Assembly: GCA_963820825.1 (NCBI GenBank)
Contig: CAWGBN010000006.1
Coordinates: forward strand, 1-64,000
Direction of reading: 5' to 3'
Length of the DNA: 64,000 nucleotides
Source of the DNA: Vulcanimicrobiota bacterium
GTDB lineage: Bacteria > Vulcanimicrobiota > Vulcanimicrobiia > Vulcanimicrobiales > Vulcanimicrobiaceae
Below are positions 8,949-18,662 of the stretch, one piece after another. A program made the position numbers and the translations under genes. The stretch's first letter is position 1. Each line of letters opens with the position of its first letter. Below the pieces are notes generated by a model. It was not told the origin of the DNA. It made no database searches and saw nothing but the letters and a program-made list of their open reading frames with translations.

Positions 8949-9965
8949 TTGAACGCAGTACGCAGACAGGTAAAAAGCGCTCTTCTCTCCGCGTTTGCCC
9001 GCGTCGGGGTCGATCGACTCGGGGTCTCGTTGCACGTGCGCGATTCCCTCGTCCTGGTCTACCACGGAATCGTCGGCTCGGAGAAGCGCGAGCCGTTCCG
9101 CTATCATCATACGGTCGACGAGTTCGCCGTTCATCTCGAATGGCTCGGTACCCACTGCGAGCCGGTCGGGCTCGCCGATTTCACGCGCTGGAAGCGCGGT
9201 GAGTGGCGCCCTTCCAAGCCGCCCGCGCTCATAACCTTCGACGACGGCTACCGCAACAACGAAACGATCGCCGCGCCGCTCCTGGCTGCCAAGGGCTTCC
9301 CGGCGCTATTCTTTATCAATACTGGCTACGTCGGCGGCAAGCACGTTCTTTGGCCGGACGAGGTCTTCGTACGTGTCCTAGCCTGGACGGGTACGTCGCT
9401 CGAAGATCCCAGCGGTTCGGTCCGCGTCGTCACCACCGAAGCTCAAGAGCGCGAGCGGTTGGCATTCGATATGGTCGAGGCGTGCAAGAACTGCAGCGAC
9501 GACCGCCGTCTCGAGTTTATGGCTTACTTGGCGCGCGAGACCGCGCATTGCGACCCAATGGTCGACCCTGAAGCGCAAGAGATGCTCTCGTGGAGCGAGG
9601 TTGACGCGCTCGCCGCAGCGGGATTCGATCTCGGCTCGCATACGGTAACGCATCCCATTCTCAGCCGGCTATCGCCCGAGGCCTTGCGTGCCGAACTACG
9701 CGATAGCCGCGCCACGCTGGAAGAGCGGGCGGGCCGGCGATGCAACGCGCTGGCGTATCCCGGTGGCCGCTTGCACGACGTTACGGATGAGGTGCTCTCC
9801 GCAACTGCGGACGCCGGCTACGACTTAGCCTTTACGGTATCGGATCGCTGGTGCGACCGCGAGGCTCATCCGCTGCGGGTCGATCGAATGTCGACGCCCG
9901 GTCACGGCACCCACGCTACCTTCGCCTTGCACGCTAGCGGTTCGCGGCGCTGGTTTCCACGCTAG
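8949..9965 (+). CDS. Polysaccharide deacetylase (CE4/NodB)
   Basis: LVYHG, ITFDDGY, GSHTVTHPIL and LAYPGG motifs. Confidence 0.9.
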   Translation: MNAVRRQVKSALLSAFARVGVDRLGVSLHVRDSLVLVYHGIVGSEKREPFRYHHTVDEFAVHLEWLGTHCEPVGLADFTRWKRGEWRPSKPPALITFDDGYRNNETIAAPLLAAKGFPALFFINTGYVGGKHVLWPDEVFVRVLAWTGTSLEDPSGSVRVVTTEAQERERLAFDMVEACKNCSDDRRLEFMAYLARETAHCDPMVDPEAQEMLSWSEVDALAAAGFDLGSHTVTHPILSRLSPEALRAELRDSRATLEERAGRRCNALAYPGGRLHDVTDEVLSATADAGYDLAFTVSDRWCDREAHPLRVDRMSTPGHGTHATFALHASGSRRWFPR

Positions 9966-11382
9966 GAGCGTTTGGCGCTCTCGCGGGCAACTGCGCGCAT
10001 AAGCGCGCTGCAAGAAGCATCTCCGTAAACAATAACCACGAAAACTTCGTCTCGAGAACGTCGACGAAGAGCGCCGCGACCAAGAGCCCGACGAACGCCG
10101 CCCGCAACGGCGTGCCCAGCCAGGAGTAAGGCTGTCCGGGCTTGATCGATCGCAGGCTCCGGTATTGGAGAACCAGCGCCGCGATCGTGACGACGATTCC
10201 CACGACGCCGAGCTCGGTGGACGTCGAGATGATCAGACTGTGAGGCGCTCGAGTCCAGCCTGCGAATTGCGGCTCGTAAGCCATCAAGAATGCGCGATCG
10301 TACGCCGTAGAAAAAGCTCCGACGCCGTTGCCGAGCAGCCAGTGCTCGCGGAAAGTCTCAACCGCAACTCTCCAGATATCAAAACGCCCCGCCGCATTCA
10401 CCCCGCTCCGCTCCTCGAGGAAGCGCGATGCAATCTCGTTGGGAATGGCGAAAAAGAGCATTACCGCGCCGAAGAGCATCGAACCCAATGCGAACCGATA
10501 GCGGCTGGCGAGGATTGCGACGATCGCCATCGCGGCAAGCGCGAGCGTCGTGCCGCGTGAAGCGCTCAGATAGATCGCAGCAATCGGAAAGAATAGGACC
10601 GCCACCATTGCGATCCGGCGCCATGCGTTCGTTTTCACGATCGTCGCGACGGTCAAAGCAACCGGCAGCAGTAATGAGGCTCCAAACCGGTTGGGGTCGA
10701 GCGTCGCGGTTCCGAAGGTCAGGTACAGGCGTCCAACCTGACCGGCGACATTGGAGAGCTCGCTGCGCGCCATTACGATAGCGACGATTCCCGCGATGAC
10801 GCCGCTTGCGATCGTCGCGCCGACGATCGTGTCGAACTCTGCTGCTTCGAGCGGCACCGCCGCCAGAATGGCCATTAAGCCGAAAGTCGAAACCACCGTC
10901 CCCAAGTCTTGCGCGGATAACGCCGGATCGATCGTCCAACTCGTGCTCAGCGCCATCAATCCGACGAGCGCCGCCCAGCCGAATACCGCATACGGCACTT
11001 GCAGCTTCGCGCGCCTCTGCACGAGGAGGGCTACGGCCGCGAGCACCGCCGCGACACCCAATATCTTCCCGACGGTCAGTGATTGACCGACCAGTAGCGC
11101 GTCATCGATTGGAACGAGGACCGCGTAGAGCGAGAAGAACGCCACGAGCGGTCGCCTGGCGACGAAGTACGCCACGAGCGGAAGCGCGGCGATTCCGATG
11201 CCGAGCGGAACGCCCACGGACGACCTGCAGATGCCCGGGATCGCGAGCGGGGCGCTGCAGTCGCTCGCGGTCAGCGCGACGATGAGGCCGAGGAGCGCGC
11301 AGGCTGCGACGATCGTCGCTGCAAGAACTCCGACAAGCTTTACATCGTTGGAAGCGATCGTCGGCCGCACGCTCGTCGCCAT
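9934..11382 (-). CDS. wzy: O-antigen ligase / Wzy-like polymerase
   Basis: Multi-TM; DPNRFG, SASRG, GR..IW, GNGVG and PHS motifs of the Wzy_C family; ATG 11382 follows the flippase stop. Confidence 0.8.
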   Translation of the reverse strand: MATSVRPTIASNDVKLVGVLAATIVAACALLGLIVALTASDCSAPLAIPGICRSSVGVPLGIGIAALPLVAYFVARRPLVAFFSLYAVLVPIDDALLVGQSLTVGKILGVAAVLAAVALLVQRRAKLQVPYAVFGWAALVGLMALSTSWTIDPALSAQDLGTVVSTFGLMAILAAVPLEAAEFDTIVGATIASGVIAGIVAIVMARSELSNVAGQVGRLYLTFGTATLDPNRFGASLLLPVALTVATIVKTNAWRRIAMVAVLFFPIAAIYLSASRGTTLALAAMAIVAILASRYRFALGSMLFGAVMLFFAIPNEIASRFLEERSGVNAAGRFDIWRVAVETFREHWLLGNGVGAFSTAYDRAFLMAYEPQFAGWTRAPHSLIISTSTELGVVGIVVTIAALVLQYRSLRSIKPGQPYSWLGTPLRAAFVGLLVAALFVDVLETKFSWLLFTEMLLAARLCAQLPARAPNAPSVETSAANR

Positions 11383-11384
11383 GG

Positions 11385-12681
11385 TTAGCGCCCTCGTACC
11401 ACGCTCAAGCAACTCGTGAGCAACGCGTGATACGGCCGCAGATCCGCCCACGAGACGAGGAAGAGCTGCCTGGCGCGGTAGCCGGTGCGGCGCACAAAGT
11501 AGATCGCTGCGGCGGTGAAGGCCGCACTATACGAGATCGAGGTCGCGACTGCGGCGGCGATAACGCCGAAGCGGTGAAGCGTCAGCGCTGTGACGATGGC
11601 GCAAAGCGTTGCGGAGAGCGCGCTAAAGAAAGACGGCATCCACGGCCGGCCGAGCTGCTGCAAAAAGAACGCAGACAATGCCGGCATCATGCTGTAGGCG
11701 ACGATGCCGGGAAGCAGGGCAATGGTGACCACGGCTCCGTAGGCGAAGGCGGGACCGTAGACCAGCGGTACGAGAGTTCGAACCGAGAGGGCAACGCAGC
11801 CGGCGGCGAGAGAAACGAGCAGGAACGAGTGCCGCATGCATTTCGCGGTAACCTCGGCCGCCCTGGCTTCGTCCTTGCCGCCGATCTCCTTGAGCGCCGG
11901 ATTGATCATCGCGCTGCTCAACTGCCAGATAAACTCGCCGAGCGCGATCCCGATCGAATAGATTCCGAGCGCCGCACTCCCGAGCATGGCGATGACGAGA
12001 AAGACGTCGATGCGAAAGTCTAAATACTGCATGAGGCTGCTGAGACACGCCTGGCTACCGAAGGTCAACTGCTCCTTTGCAAGCCCCGCGACGTCGCCGC
12101 CCGGCGTCCCGCGGTAGTAACGTCGCAACGCGAATGCCGTGTACGCTCCGCCCACGACGTAGGCCGCCGACCATACCGTTAAGGGGACCCAAAGTTTGCC
12201 GTGCGCGAAGACGATCAGCGGAACGTAGATGGTCGTGGCGATCGCTGTGGGAAACATCGCTTGAACGTTGATCGGCCGCACGTTGCCGTCGCCGAGGAAC
12301 ATGCCCGTGGACGACTGCGAAAAGATCGCGAACGGCAGCGCCAGCGCGACGAAGAGCAACATCTGCTGCGAAGGAACGAACGCCGCAATTCGAAATTAGG
12401 GCCAAGACGATGGGCGCGCTCACCGAAGCGACCACGAGAATCATCACGCGGATGATCGCTGCCGCTGGAAGACCACGTCGAGCGTACTGCCAAAGGACGG
12501 CTTTATTGTGTCCGACGGTGGCCATGAGCGCGAACCCCATGATCGTCCCCAGGTACGTCCAGTCGCCCTTACCTGCCGGGCTTAGCACGCGGGCAATCGC
12601 GATGCCGCCGGCGGCCGCGAAGAGTTGTAGCGCGACGCGTGTGGCGAGCGTCTCAACGCTCTTTTTTGCTATCTCGCTCAT
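11385..12681 (-). pseudogene. wzx: Wzx-like oligosaccharide flippase with +1 frameshift near 12390 (real or sequencing error)
   Basis: N-half IARVLSPAGKG and C-half FRIDVFLV..LG.AALGIYS are in different frames; removing one A at TCG-A-ATT joins them. Confidence 0.8.
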
Positions 12682-12711
12682 CGCCGGCGGCACCGCAAAT
12701 CGCGGGCCGAG

Positions 12712-14044
12712 CTACCTAGCTTCGGCGAGCGCCGAGGAAGCCGAGCTCCATTCGATGAGCGCCACGGTCGCCAACGTTACCAAGAGCGCGACGATCGCCA
12801 CCATGAAGAGCGCGAGCATTCGCGGCGGCTTGACGCTCGCCGAGCCGGGGTCGGCGTATTGGACGATGGAGAGGTCGCTAACGGCCATACTCTGGGCAAC
12901 GACCGCGTTGAAGTAGTTGCTTTGGATAGCATCGTAGATCGCTTCGGCCGATTTCGCTCGCCGCTGCAGCTCCGAGAGTGCCGAAATGTCGCCGGGGAAG
13001 ACGCGAAGCCGTACTAAGAGCGACGACTCCTGACTGCGTAACGCAGCGAGTTGCGCCGAGCTCCCGGCGATTTGTGCGCGCAGCGCCGCTTCCTGATTCG
13101 AAAGGCCCGCCTTGAGCGGATTCGGCTCGATCGTCGTCGACGTAACCCTCGTCTTCGGCAGAGCCTTCAAGGCCGATTCGAGGCTCTCGATTTGCTTCTC
13201 GGTTGCGACGACGTCGGGATACTTTTCGGTGAACTGCCGGCGCAGGAGGCTCAGCTCGAGCCTCTGTTGTGCCAGTTGCTGTTCGATTTGGTCGGCGGCC
13301 GGAGCAGTGCTGACGACCTTGCTTGAATCGATCGCCGCCGGAGCGGAGGCGACCTGCGAAGCGACGCTCGATAGCTGGGCTTGAGCCTGAGCGGCTTCGG
13401 CCTCGGCACTGCGTTCTTTCGACTGGATATCGCCGATCGCACTAAGAATGTTCGTCGTTTGGCTGGCGACGTCGGCGAGTTCGTGTTCCGATTCGAATCG
13501 CGTGAGCGCCGATTCCGCTCGTTGCAGGTCGCTACCCGCTTTCTTCAAGGCGATCGAGAGCGAGGCCGCGGCTTCCGAGGCTTGCGAGGCCGCGAGTATT
13601 CGCTGCTGCGCTATGAAGGCGCGAGCGAACTCGTTGGCAACCGTCGCGGAGTCTTCTGCGTCGTGCCAGTCGACGCTAATTTTTGACGAGATCGGAGTTC
13701 GTCACCGGCGTCACCACGACGTTCTTTGCGAGCATGTCTCGCGCCGTCGTTTTGAGGCCGAGGTTGCGAATGACTCGCTCGGCGACGGCCGGTTGGTGCG
13801 CGAGGGCGACGTAGGTCTCCATCGCGGTATCGCGGTTCCAAGTCAGGAGCGCGTCGATCTGCGGATAGGCCGTCGACGTAAGTGCGGTGTCGGGGCGTTT
13901 CACCAGCACCTCGCTGGCAGTCGAGTAGCTGCGAGGCAACACGAAGACGGCCGCGCTGCCGACGATCAGCAGCACGATGAAAAGCCCGATCGCTAAGCGG
14001 CGGCGGCGGCGAATCGAGGCGACGAGCGATGTAAGTTCGTACAC
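12712..14044 (-). pseudogene. Polysaccharide co-polymerase (Wzz/GumC-like, no kinase domain) with +1 frameshift in an A5 run at 13680-13684
   Basis: N-terminal TM then PRSYSTASEVLV; coiled coil with FTEKYPDVV; C-terminal P...P+TM; one extra A gives AAT-TAG instead of ATT-AGC-GTC. Confidence 0.8.
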
Positions 14045-14050
14045 GTGCGA

Positions 14051-14767
14051 TTATTTCGGTCCGCAGCAGATCCCGGCGGCCGGGTTGATGAGTAAGTAGA
14101 GATAGTAGAGCGCGAACGGAATGTTCGTTAGATTTGAGATATTGTACTGTCGCGCCTTCGGTACGTAGACCACGTCCCCCGGCTGCAAGACCGGATTCGA
14201 GGAATAATCGGCGTCGAGCAACGTTTTGTAGAGGTTGATGTTGTAGAGGTGCGGGGCGCCGTCGACGACGCGGTTGAGCGTGATGTGATTGAGATCGGCC
14301 GACGACGTGGGGCCAACGCCGGCCTTCGCGATGGCATCCGCGAGGCGGTCGCCTTGCCGCAGCTCGATCGAGCCGCCGTGATCGACGCTGCCGAGAACTT
14401 CGACCGTGGCCGGGGTTCCTTTTACGACGATGACGCTCACCGTCGGATGAATCACGTACGCGGCCAGCGCGGCGGCAATGCGCTGGCCGGCGGCGTCGGG
14501 CTGCAGGCCGCCCACGCTAATCGAACCGATGAGCGGATAGGTGATCGTTCCATCGCTGAGCACGGTCACCGTCTGCGAGAGCGCTTGGATCGCCGTCGTC
14601 GAGGGTTGCCCCTGCGACGGGACCTGGGGTACGCCTTGGGTACCGTATACGATGATCTGCAGTTGATCGTCGGCGCGAATGGCGTACGTGCTTGTCTGCG
14701 CTGCAGCGGCAGCCGGCGCGATTAGGCAAAACGCCAGCACGGCGGCTACGGCGGAACGAACCGACAT
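14051..14767 (-). CDS. wza: Polysaccharide export protein (Wza/OPX family)
   Basis: Signal peptide; Y.I...D.L.I.V, V.SDGTITYPLIG, SLBB domain, LQPGDVVYVP. Confidence 0.88.
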   Translation of the reverse strand: MSVRSAVAAVLAFCLIAPAAAAAQTSTYAIRADDQLQIIVYGTQGVPQVPSQGQPSTTAIQALSQTVTVLSDGTITYPLIGSISVGGLQPDAAGQRIAAALAAYVIHPTVSVIVVKGTPATVEVLGSVDHGGSIELRQGDRLADAIAKAGVGPTSSADLNHITLNRVVDGAPHLYNINLYKTLLDADYSSNPVLQPGDVVYVPKARQYNISNLTNIPFALYYLYLLINPAAGICCGPK

Positions 14768-14909
14768 CGCGTATCTAGCCACCGGTGCCCGCCACATGCG
14801 AAAAGAACAGGCTGTGCTTAAGCAAAGCATGTAATGATTCGAGCTTACGGCTTAGCATCCGCCTTCCCTGCTCGCCCACACGGGCGCGGGAAATAAATTT
14901 CCCCGGCAA

Positions 14910-15881
14910 CTAACGGCCTTCCCGCCCCGAGGGGCTCTCGGCGCCTCCCGGCGCGTATGGATCGCGCCCGAGCCGGCGGCGCACCTGATAGGCGGCCCAG
15001 CGCCACTCCAGCCGGCGATGCTGAGCCCGCGTAATCGTATACTCCCCCCGCTGCGCTTCGATACGACCGAGGACCGATTCCACGGGCGCGTACCATCCGT
15101 TACGCCCGGCGAGGTCTTCGAGCACCCGGATCACCCGCGGATCGACGCTTCCATCGCGAACGAAGCCGTCGGCGACGTGCGCGTAGACGATGCAGCAGCC
15201 GCCGGAGCGTTCGAGCTCGTCGACCCGCGCAGAGGAGAGCAGTCGTACGAATCGCTCCACGTCCGAACCATCGCTTGCCGAGAACCATCGCGCCGCGGCC
15301 GGACGACGTGGATCGTGGTAGGGCATCCACGGATCCTTGCGAGTCGTGATCGGGTCGTCGAAGTTAAAACCGCGGACGTAGCGCAACCTTTGAGCGCACA
15401 GATCGGCCCAATAGTACGGAGTCCCCGGCGTCGAGCCGAAGAAGCGACCGCGCCCCGAGAAACGCCGAAACATTTCACGCGCGATCGGATCGTCGAAGCG
15501 TTCCTCACCCCAGTAGAGCGACTCCGGATTGACGGCGTGGTTTGCGTAGGTTCGCGGATATGCGCCGAATATCTCGCGAAAACTCTCCAGCGCTTGCGCG
15601 TGCGCCGCCGTTTCGGTGCCTCCCGAGCGCGCGCCGTGCCAAGCGATTTCAAAGCCTTCTGCTTGGAGCTCGAGCGTCCACTGCCGATATGCCGAATCTT
15701 GCAGACTATCCGCTCGATAGGGATCGTCGGGCGGAGAATCGAGCACCCAGGCCGTCTTCGTGGTACGCAAGCCGTAGCGGATCAGGCCGTCGTAGAAGGG
15801 CTTAACGGCCTGCCAACGGGCGCGATCCGTATCGTCCATAATCGTGAAGGCGAATTTCTTGCCCTGCGGCCAGTGCGTCAT
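14910..15881 (-). CDS. Conserved hypothetical protein, NodB/deacetylase-like barrel
   Basis: FAFTIMDDTD, GFEIAWHG, ANH and YAH motifs resemble a CE4-like metal site; ATGA-coupled to the upstream gene. Confidence 0.6.
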   Translation of the reverse strand: MTHWPQGKKFAFTIMDDTDRARWQAVKPFYDGLIRYGLRTTKTAWVLDSPPDDPYRADSLQDSAYRQWTLELQAEGFEIAWHGARSGGTETAAHAQALESFREIFGAYPRTYANHAVNPESLYWGEERFDDPIAREMFRRFSGRGRFFGSTPGTPYYWADLCAQRLRYVRGFNFDDPITTRKDPWMPYHDPRRPAAARWFSASDGSDVERFVRLLSSARVDELERSGGCCIVYAHVADGFVRDGSVDPRVIRVLEDLAGRNGWYAPVESVLGRIEAQRGEYTITRAQHRRLEWRWAAYQVRRRLGRDPYAPGGAESPSGREGR

Positions 15882-16864
15882 GCTTCGCGGTTCGAAAGAA
15901 TTCCGAAAACCATGTGCATGTCGTACGGCTCGAGATCGATCTCGGCTAGCCGCTTCCGTGCCGAAATGTCGTATAAGGCGATGTGGCTCGGTTTTTCGGG
16001 GCCTTTAATCAAGTCCTTGACCCATTTGACGTTCTCTTTGAAGCGCGTCGTTCTCAGTCGCGTGAACCCTACCCAGACGTGCGATTCGTCCAGGACTAAG
16101 AGCCCGCGGCACCATCCGAGAATTGAGTGGTCCGCGTTGTCGATCTGGTTGAGCTCAACGACGCGCTCGGTCTCGAGCGTTTGCGCGTTCACCACCACGA
16201 TCGTTCCGTTCACCGTCGTGAAATAGATCTTTCCGCCATGGACTACCCCGTCGTGGCAGACCTCCTCTCCTACTGAAATCCGCGGCCCGGGCTCGGTCAG
16301 ACAGATCGCGTCGCTTTGATGACATCGCGTAACCCACAGGGCGCCGTTGCGAAAGAACGTGTAGTTCGGATGGGAGAGGTGCGGTTTCGTGGTCGGCACT
16401 TTGCGATAATCAACGTCGCGTGAGAACCGAACCCAGGGGCTTTCGCCGAGGACGCCCCACTCGCGCAGAGTCTTTCCCTCGGGGGTGACTTCCAAAACCA
16501 TGTCGAGTCCGGTATTCGTTACGATCAGATTTCCGCTGCCGGTCGGGCGCACGTGATGGACGTCGTTGAAACAGGGCAGCGAGAGGTGCCGCACGAGATC
16601 GAACCGGGGAAGCTCGTAGACGAGCGCCTCAGTCCGCGTGCACGTGTAGAGCCGATTTCCTTCCAGCGTGCCGCCCTCGAAACTGATCGAAGGCTCGACG
16701 TCCGGACACAAGGCGGGCGGCGTGATATATTCGGCGCACAGTTCGACCGAAGCGCGCTCGGGATCGACGCGCAGAATGATGGCCTTCTCGTAGGCCTCCC
16801 ACTCTCGCCGCGCCTTTAAACCGACGCGTTTTTGTGTAGCGCCGGTTACGTACAACATCGTCAC
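15878..16864 (-). CDS. Conserved hypothetical His-motif beta-propeller (DUF4915/TIGR03032-like)
   Basis: Short beta-strand repeats; NDVHH, HPN, HDG and GWCRGL motifs. Confidence 0.55.
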   Translation of the reverse strand: MTMLYVTGATQKRVGLKARREWEAYEKAIILRVDPERASVELCAEYITPPALCPDVEPSISFEGGTLEGNRLYTCTRTEALVYELPRFDLVRHLSLPCFNDVHHVRPTGSGNLIVTNTGLDMVLEVTPEGKTLREWGVLGESPWVRFSRDVDYRKVPTTKPHLSHPNYTFFRNGALWVTRCHQSDAICLTEPGPRISVGEEVCHDGVVHGGKIYFTTVNGTIVVVNAQTLETERVVELNQIDNADHSILGWCRGLLVLDESHVWVGFTRLRTTRFKENVKWVKDLIKGPEKPSHIALYDISARKRLAEIDLEPYDMHMVFGILSNREA

Positions 16865-16896
16865 TGAAAACGCTCGCTAACGGCTGAAGGTTGCGC

Positions 16897-17892
16897 TCAC
16901 CCGGTAAGAGCGGGTCGAGGTTTTCGCAGTCTCGCGAAGCCCCAGAGCCAACCGAATCCGAACGAAAGGTGCATGATGGCAATGGCGACCGGCTCCAAAA
17001 GCGCGATTCCGAGTCGCTTCGATCTGCGCAGACCGTCAATGAAGCCGATGGAAAGAAATCCGGCATAGAGCGCCGGCACGATGGCCGCCCAAATTCCGTA
17101 TCCGAGCAGGCCGAGAATTGCCGAAGCCGTCAAGCCGAGCAGCAGCGCCGGCGGGGCGTAAACCCGCCACGGGACCGAGCCCGGATGCTGTACTTCGGTC
17201 CAACGCCGATAGAAGCCGTAGCGAACGTATTGCCTCGCTAGTCCCAAGAACGATGGGCGCACGTAGTACGTTGCCTCGATTCCAGGGGAGACGAAGACCC
17301 GGTACCCGGCCTTGCGAAGGCGGTAGTTGAGCTCGCAATCTTCGTTCACGGCATTCGTCTCGTTGTAAAGACCGATCTCGTCGAAAATACGGCGCTCCAT
17401 GAACGTGCCCATAACGGAGTCGCACCATTGTTCCTGCTTCGTGTGGCGGTACTTCGAGTCGCCGACGCCGAGGGGGGAGGACATTGCAAGAGCGATCGCT
17501 TCGCCGGCCGGCCCTTCACCTCGATGAGAGACGACGCCTCCTACGTTCGCAGCGCCCGTGCGGGCTTTGACATCGAGGCAGCGTGCGAGGTAGGTCTTCG
17601 CAAATCGGGCGTGCGCGTGAATGACGCAGATGATCGAGCCCCGCGCCTCTTTGATCGCGAGATTATATCCGTAGACTTGATGGCGCCGGGGGTTCTCGAT
17701 CAGGCGTACGTTATGCTCGACGCCATACGATCGCACGATCTCCCGCGTCTTGTCGGTGCTGCCGCCGTCGGCAACCAAAACCTCGACGTCGGCATCGAGT
17801 CCCTCTTGGCCGAACATGTCGTCGAGCACCCCGCCAATGTAGCGCTCCTCGTTGAGGGTCGGGACGACGACGGAGATCGTAAGACCGGCCAT
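16897..17892 (-). CDS. Glycosyltransferase family 2 (ExoA-like)
   Basis: ISVVVPTLNEE, DGGSTD, NEDCELNYRL and RQY..YG motifs; C-terminal TMs; ATG overlaps the PPTase stop (TGATG). Confidence 0.9.
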   Translation of the reverse strand: MAGLTISVVVPTLNEERYIGGVLDDMFGQEGLDADVEVLVADGGSTDKTREIVRSYGVEHNVRLIENPRRHQVYGYNLAIKEARGSIICVIHAHARFAKTYLARCLDVKARTGAANVGGVVSHRGEGPAGEAIALAMSSPLGVGDSKYRHTKQEQWCDSVMGTFMERRIFDEIGLYNETNAVNEDCELNYRLRKAGYRVFVSPGIEATYYVRPSFLGLARQYVRYGFYRRWTEVQHPGSVPWRVYAPPALLLGLTASAILGLLGYGIWAAIVPALYAGFLSIGFIDGLRRSKRLGIALLEPVAIAIMHLSFGFGWLWGFARLRKPRPALTG

Positions 17893-18662
17893 CAAACTGC
17901 CTCCGAGATCGGTCTCGACGACGCGGCGCCGATGTCGGCGACGGCTCGCCATTGAAACGAGAGCGGTCTCTTGCAATCTTGCGCGAGCACCGCGACGGCA
18001 GCGACCTGGTGCGGACTCGGGCGGTGGAGAGAGAACGCGCAGCCCGCAGTCGAAATGGGCCGGCCGTCTTTGCGCTGCGCGACCGTGAGCCGTTCGCCGG
18101 CATGGGCCAACCCAGCTCCCGTCGCTTTGACGAACGCCTCTTTGAGCACCCATTGCTCGAAGAATCGATCGATCTGCACGTTCGACGGGAGCCCGGCGAG
18201 CCGCGCGCGCTCGCCGCGAGAAAAGAAGTGCCGCGCCACCAGCGCCACGTCGACGGGCTGCGAAGTATCCTCGGCATCGACGCCGGCCATCCCGGCGCGC
18301 GTGACGACGCAGATCGCCAAACCCTTGGTATGCGTGAGATTGAACTGCAGCGAAGCGAAACGCTCCGGTGCCGCTACCACCGGCTTGCCGTTGCGGCTCG
18401 TATCGAAGCGCCAGGTCCCCGGATCGACTCCGGTGTATCGCGAGAGCGTCGCGCGGCAGAGCACGCGCGCCGCGAGATACTCTTCGCGCATCTCATCGCT
18501 GAGAAACGATTCGTATTGCGCGCGCTCCTCGGCGGGCAGGCGCGCGAGCCACCGGTCTCGCACGGCGGGCGCGCGCAGCTGCTCGGTCCGCAGCTGCCAA
18601 GCATGCGCGGCCGTTGCGAGCTCCTCCCACTCGAGGCGGCTACTCGATGCTGGCATCGCCAT
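17892..18662 (-). CDS. 4'-phosphopantetheinyl transferase (Sfp-type)
   Basis: GKP, FNLTH, GVDAE and WVLKEAFVKATG motifs. Confidence 0.92.
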   Translation of the reverse strand: MAMPASSSRLEWEELATAAHAWQLRTEQLRAPAVRDRWLARLPAEERAQYESFLSDEMREEYLAARVLCRATLSRYTGVDPGTWRFDTSRNGKPVVAAPERFASLQFNLTHTKGLAICVVTRAGMAGVDAEDTSQPVDVALVARHFFSRGERARLAGLPSNVQIDRFFEQWVLKEAFVKATGAGLAHAGERLTVAQRKDGRPISTAGCAFSLHRPSPHQVAAVAVLAQDCKRPLSFQWRAVADIGAASSRPISEAV

